DNA from: Staphylococcus phage vB_StaM_PB50
Strand: one strand, 5' to 3'
Length of the DNA: 64,000 nt
Sequence record: OR770614.1
The position numbers were made by a program, and so were the translations under genes. Below the pieces are notes generated by a model, which saw only the letters and a program-made list of their open reading frames with translations, was not told the origin of the DNA and did no database searches. Below are positions 59,862-64,000 of this stretch, piece by piece (position 1 is the stretch's first letter; each line of letters begins with the position of its first letter).

Positions 59862-60974
59862 ACCATCATAGTCTGCACCCATACCAGCAAGTATATTATT
59901 ACTGATACCTACTACTGATGATTCTATATCTTGAATTATATCTTTAATTTTTAATATTTGAACTGAGCTTTCACTAATACTGGGATTTCTATTTAAAATA
60001 ACTCTCATTCCATTTTCAGTTTTATCAACTAGTTCTCTCATATATTTATATACTTTAGGATTAAATGTATCTAATGCTCTGTCTAATATTTCTTCACCTT
60101 TAGCTAAAGGAATATTTTCTGTTACATACATTAAATTTGCTAAGATAGGTTTATATACTTCTAAGAAGATGGTATAATTTAATCTAATTTCATTTAATTT
60201 AAGGTCAGGTGCTGGAACAATTACTGAACGTGCAGAGAAACCAACACGACTACCCATTAGTAATTTACGAATAGTTCCACCTTTACCTTTAATATTCTCA
60301 TTAATTACACGATCACTAATATTAATACTATCATCTTGAATTTTACTTAATAGATTTAATTTTTGTAACTCTACTGAATCATCTGTATAATGTCTATCAA
60401 GTTCTTTAATACTATTACTATGAGCAATTAATAAATTATAATCTTTATTAATTTCAGAATGTCTAAAAGTTTTAGTAGCTTTATTAACTGTAGCAGGTCT
60501 TAATTTAGGACTAAATACAGTTACATAATTTTGGAATAGTAAATCAGATAAATACCATTGTACTACTCTATTGTAATCTTTAGTTTTACGTTTTTCACGT
60601 TTAACTTCTTCTTTAAGAATTTTTAAGAAATTCTTTCTAAATTCAATTAAACCAATATAAGAGTTATGATCATCTTCAGGTTCAATTACATTACCATTTT
60701 CATCAATAGGTTTTTCAGAACTAATAATTTCTTGGAATCTTTTATTACCAATTAATTTTTTAACACGTTCATAACCTAACGGATTTAAAATATAATTATT
60801 ACCTAAATCTACAATAGCTTCATTAGTAATATTATCTGCTTCTGAATCAGGACCGAAGATTTTCTCACTGAAGATACCATCTTCAGTGAAATCACCTTTC
60901 TTATCAATTGATTCATGATTAGTTACAACTGGAACATTTTCTAAATCCTTTTTCTTGAGTAAAAATCTAACCAT
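59862..60974 (-). CDS. RNA polymerase beta-prime-like N-terminal fragment, exon 1
   Basis: GKGGTIRKLLMGSRVGFSARSVIVPAPDLKLNEIRL matches beta-prime [24 protein letters not shown]; ends ...NILAGMGADYDG (NADFDGD). Confidence 0.65.
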
Positions 60975-60977
60975 AAC

Positions 60978-62600
60978 TTAATCTTCTCCTTCTTCTACAA
61001 TTTCTTTAATGTCCATAATAACTTCCTGATCATCATTTTCTTTCTCTAATTTATCAATATTTTCAATATCTTCAATTTCTTTGATATTAGGTTTATTTTC
61101 AAAATAGAATGAACCATTCTCACCAGGATCTTTAACTTCACAGAATGGAGTTAACGTACGAGTAATACCTGGATTATTTGATGAAGTAGCAATCAAATCA
61201 ATTCTACCGAAATAAGTGTTATTGATATTGATTGTTCTAATAGATGGTTTACTAGTGTCTACAGCTGATTGTGGACCTGCTTTAGTCATTTTAAGAATTC
61301 TAGTAAATAAATCAATTGTATTAACTGCATTAGAATAACGTATACCATCAGAAGTTCCAATAGTTTTCAATAGATAATCTCTAGGTACTCCTGAGAATAA
61401 ACCTTTAAGGTTTTTAATAGTACGTTTTTTATCTGAGAAGTTAATCATACGGTAAGATGTATCAGAATTTTTTCTATTCAGTGGATAAGTTAAGTATTCT
61501 AATACTCTTAATCGTTTATTAGCTAAATCTGTATTATCTAATAAGTTAAGATTATCAAAGTTCTTAAACATGTATTTAACCACATGATAAGTTGATTCTT
61601 TATCTTCTTTTTCTAATCGTGATATAGCTTGAGTACGACTATCTAATATACGATCAAATGAAAGTATCATTGAATTCGCTTTATCTATTTTAGTGTCAAT
61701 ATTAGTTGAACCACTGAAGATAGAACCTAAAGCCTTTAACCAGAATTCTCTATCGTATATTTTATCTAATCCAGCTCTCATTCCTTTGAATAAATCTTTA
61801 ATACAAAGGATCATAGAATTTCTATAACGATCATCAACATCTAACCATTCTTTTTCAACTTTTAAAGAAAGTTTATTATTAATTTTAAAGTAATAGTAAT
61901 TATCTTCTTTATCATCATTAATATCTATTACTTCACAATGGTCTTTAATTTCTAAAAATTCAAATGTTTCGTCAAATCCCATTTTTGCAACAAAGAACAT
62001 AAATGCTGGAACACTCTTATTTTTATTGAACACTTCTAGATATAGAGTTCTCCCTCTTTGGAAATTAGACATCTTATTATCGTCATCCATAATAGTGTCT
62101 TTTTTAGAACCATTGACTGATAGTGGTTGCAATAAGTTTTTCATTACTACAGTACTAGCTTTTGGTTTATAAAATTCAGCATCAGCTAATTGTAGAATTG
62201 GGAAAAATTTGTTATTATTGATATAGTAGTATTGACCTTCAATAAGTTCAGGGAAATCTAATTTGTGTGTATATTCTTCTTTATTACCTTCTGAATCTTC
62301 AAATTCTACTGTAATTTGAACTTCCAGTAATTTAGATTCTTCAACATTGATTTTTCTATAATCTTTAGATTTAAGTTGTTTATCTGTCATTTGATTATAT
62401 TCATAAACCTGACTTGGTGAAACAACTTTACAATCTAAGAATTTAATTCCTTTAATAAATTCTACTGATCGATAAATATCTGAAATGATTTTTTCTAAAC
62501 TTTCATTTTGTCTGAAATAAATTACGTCTTCGTTAAATGGTTCTTTTTTGCTAATGTCTTCGTTGATGTTCTTTGTAACTTTACTTAAGTATTTACTCAA
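60978..62600 (-). CDS. RNA polymerase beta-like N-terminal fragment
   Basis: 540 aa; KAGPQSAV...YFGRIDLIATSSNNPGITRTL parallels beta SALGPGGL...HYGRVCPIETPEGPNIGLI; GQYYYINNNKFFPILQL resembles GxFIINGxERVxxSQL. Confidence 0.55.
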   Translation of the reverse strand: MSKYLSKVTKNINEDISKKEPFNEDVIYFRQNESLEKIISDIYRSVEFIKGIKFLDCKVVSPSQVYEYNQMTDKQLKSKDYRKINVEESKLLEVQITVEFEDSEGNKEEYTHKLDFPELIEGQYYYINNNKFFPILQLADAEFYKPKASTVVMKNLLQPLSVNGSKKDTIMDDDNKMSNFQRGRTLYLEVFNKNKSVPAFMFFVAKMGFDETFEFLEIKDHCEVIDINDDKEDNYYYFKINNKLSLKVEKEWLDVDDRYRNSMILCIKDLFKGMRAGLDKIYDREFWLKALGSIFSGSTNIDTKIDKANSMILSFDRILDSRTQAISRLEKEDKESTYHVVKYMFKNFDNLNLLDNTDLANKRLRVLEYLTYPLNRKNSDTSYRMINFSDKKRTIKNLKGLFSGVPRDYLLKTIGTSDGIRYSNAVNTIDLFTRILKMTKAGPQSAVDTSKPSIRTININNTYFGRIDLIATSSNNPGITRTLTPFCEVKDPGENGSFYFENKPNIKEIEDIENIDKLEKENDDQEVIMDIKEIVEEGED

Positions 62601-62689
62601 TTATCCGACACTCTCCCTCTTGGTAATAAAAAACTTTATAAGTTATGAGTTATTTCTGTTTTTTATTTTTTTATAAAATGAAAACTCAT

Positions 62690-62701
62690 AACAATATTAT
62701 A
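62690..62701 (+). promoter_or_regulatory. AACA-N6-TA motif
   Basis: AACAATATTATA ~80 nt upstream of HU-like gene start. Confidence 0.3.
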
Positions 62702-62783
62702 TCATAAAACTTAGAAAAAAGCTAGGAAAATAATTAAATTTTTCTAAATTTTTTAAAAATAAATGAAAGAAAGGAAACTAAAA

Positions 62784-63095
62784 ATGAATAGACAAATTCA
62801 AGATCAAAAACATTTCTTCCGTGAATGGTCTAAACGAACTGGTTTATCTCAAAGAGAATTAGTAGATGCTTATTCAGAAATGATTGATATTTTAGTTGAA
62901 TCAGCTAATGATTCAGATCAAACTAAAACTATTATTCCTGAAATCGGTGTTTTAGAAGTTAAACCTGAAGATATGCGTAAACGTAGAAATCCAAGAACTA
63001 ATCAAATTGTAGTTACTGAACCTACACGTAAAGCACACATTCGTTTATACCCTAGACTTAAAAATAGATTTAAACCGGATGAATTAGAGAAATAA
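62784..63095 (+). CDS. HU/IHF-family DNA-binding protein
   Basis: Start at MNRQIQ (AAAGGAAA RBS); IGVLEVKPEDMRKRRNPRTNQIVVTEPTRKAHI matches HU beta-arm R-NP-T pattern. Confidence 0.55.
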   Translation: MNRQIQDQKHFFREWSKRTGLSQRELVDAYSEMIDILVESANDSDQTKTIIPEIGVLEVKPEDMRKRRNPRTNQIVVTEPTRKAHIRLYPRLKNRFKPDELEK

Positions 63096-63145
63096 AAATA
63101 ATTTAAAAGCCATAATATACTTATTTGTATATTATGGCAATTTTA

Positions 63146-63424
63146 TTATTCATTCTCATTAATGTCTTCTTTAGTTTCTTTTCTTTTAATAGTTAAATTA
63201 AGTACTTTTCTGAAGAATTTAATTTTAAGATTTAATAAGAAATTATTATCTGATTTAATCTTAACATCAAACTTCTGTTCTTTATCTTCTTCAGTTTCAG
63301 GTAAAGTAACAAATTCAAAGTCTACTCTTTCTAAGTCTTTTCTAGATAATAATTCTTTCTTTTGTTTTTCATTAAGTTTTAACCCTAATCTTTTTTCTAA
63401 TTTCTTTTGTTTTCTTTTATTCAT
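63146..63424 (-). CDS. hypothetical basic protein
   Basis: 92 aa Lys-rich ORF. Confidence 0.3.
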   Translation of the reverse strand: MNKRKQKKLEKRLGLKLNEKQKKELLSRKDLERVDFEFVTLPETEEDKEQKFDVKIKSDNNFLLNLKIKFFRKVLNLTIKRKETKEDINENE

Positions 63425-63454
63425 ATTTAATAAGTCATCTCCATATTATAATTA

Positions 63455-63838
63455 TTAATCTTTATAGTCTGGTTTAGCTGGAATCCACATTTTAGGATTG
63501 TAATTAATTTCATACTGATATTTGCTAACATTCTTAGTTGTTACATCTTCGACAGTATATGAAACATTATCAGATAAACCAATGATGTGTTTTTGGTATT
63601 TACCATCTTCATTTTCTACAACTATTTCTAACTGGTTATCTTCTTTATCCGCTTTAATAGACATGCGTCCAGACATCTGAAAAATAATATCGTTCTTAAT
63701 AGCATTTATGACAGTTACTTTTCTAACCACATTAAAATTATCTGACTCTTCAGACATATTTTGACTAACCTTATCTGCTTGAGAGCACCCTGCTAATAAT
63801 AAAACTAATAATAATGGTAATACTAAAAATTTCTTCAT
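63455..63838 (-). CDS. lipoprotein
   Basis: MKKFLVLPLLLVLLLAGCSQ lipobox signal peptide. Confidence 0.5.
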   Translation of the reverse strand: MKKFLVLPLLLVLLLAGCSQADKVSQNMSEESDNFNVVRKVTVINAIKNDIIFQMSGRMSIKADKEDNQLEIVVENEDGKYQKHIIGLSDNVSYTVEDVTTKNVSKYQYEINYNPKMWIPAKPDYKD

Positions 63839-63869
63839 GATTGTTTTCTCCTTTGATTGGTTTTAATAT

Positions 63870-63935
63870 ATTAGAGGTAATGATAAATAATATATCATTA
63901 CCTCATTTTTATAATATATATTTAAATAATATCTT
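63870..63935 (-). promoter_or_regulatory. early-type promoter motif + leader hairpin
   Basis: Minus strand ATTTAAATATATATTATAAAAATGAGGTAATGATATATTATTTATCATTACCTC. Confidence 0.4.
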
Positions 63936-64000
63936 CTTCGTAACTAGGAATAATTAATTCTTGTTCTAATAAATTATCTAACTTACTTTTTTCTAATATA

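Noticed and set aside
62601-62700. Long-range inverted repeat TTATGAGTT...AACTCATAA upstream of the HU-like gene as a possible terminator
   Set aside because: ~30-nt loop and wrong placement (upstream of the minus-strand RNAP beta gene start); more likely part of a promoter region.
42224-63935. Dispersed hairpin repeats considered as a possible CRISPR array
   Set aside because: Not regularly spaced, lie upstream of individual genes with RBSs, have variable stems, and there are no adjacent cas genes.
1-64000. tRNA and rRNA genes
   Set aside because: Scanned GC-richer patches (e.g. 2150-2270, 3700-3760, 49730-50010) for tRNA T-arm/acceptor patterns; none found. The patches are coding exons, intron structure or the GC island.

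Overview
This is an AT-rich (~25% GC) stretch of a large virulent-type dsDNA phage of a low-GC Gram-positive host. My best guess, by inference only, is a jumbo myovirus related to the Bacillus uracil-DNA phages AR9/PBS1. No tRNA, rRNA or CRISPR array was seen.

Layout:
- 1-17.6 kb: mostly minus-strand head-morphogenesis/late module. It holds an intron-split large terminase, two membrane HExxH metallopeptidase paralogs, a T4 gp23-like major capsid candidate, an acidic scaffold-like protein, an intron-split prohead protease (plus strand), putative cell-wall hydrolase and peptidoglycan-binding proteins, and an 854-aa late protein.
- 17.6-18.1 kb: a 490-bp ORF-free, AT-rich divergent control region.
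- 18.1-37.5 kb: plus-strand tail-fibre module, with 2781-aa and 998-aa fibres built from repeated GNKATDW modules, and a holin-like gene.
- 37.5-57.9 kb: minus-strand block of ~45 small early-type genes. It contains a multigene family with a shared C-terminal motif, tandem paralogs, a duplicated two-gene cassette, a GC-rich island gene, a P-loop kinase, a small HTH protein and a DNA primase.
- 57.9-62.6 kb: genes for N-terminal fragments of multisubunit RNA polymerase beta and beta-prime. The beta-prime fragment is interrupted inside its catalytic DxDGD motif by a group I intron carrying a homing endonuclease.
- 62.7-64 kb: an HU-like gene and lipoprotein genes.

Six group I ribozyme cores of one sequence family sit in three essential genes (terminase, prohead protease, RNAP beta-prime).

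Two recurring promoter-like motif classes organise the window. AACA-N6-TW sits 25-65 nt upstream of structural genes. TATATATTATAA-AATGARG followed immediately by a leader hairpin sits upstream of early genes.
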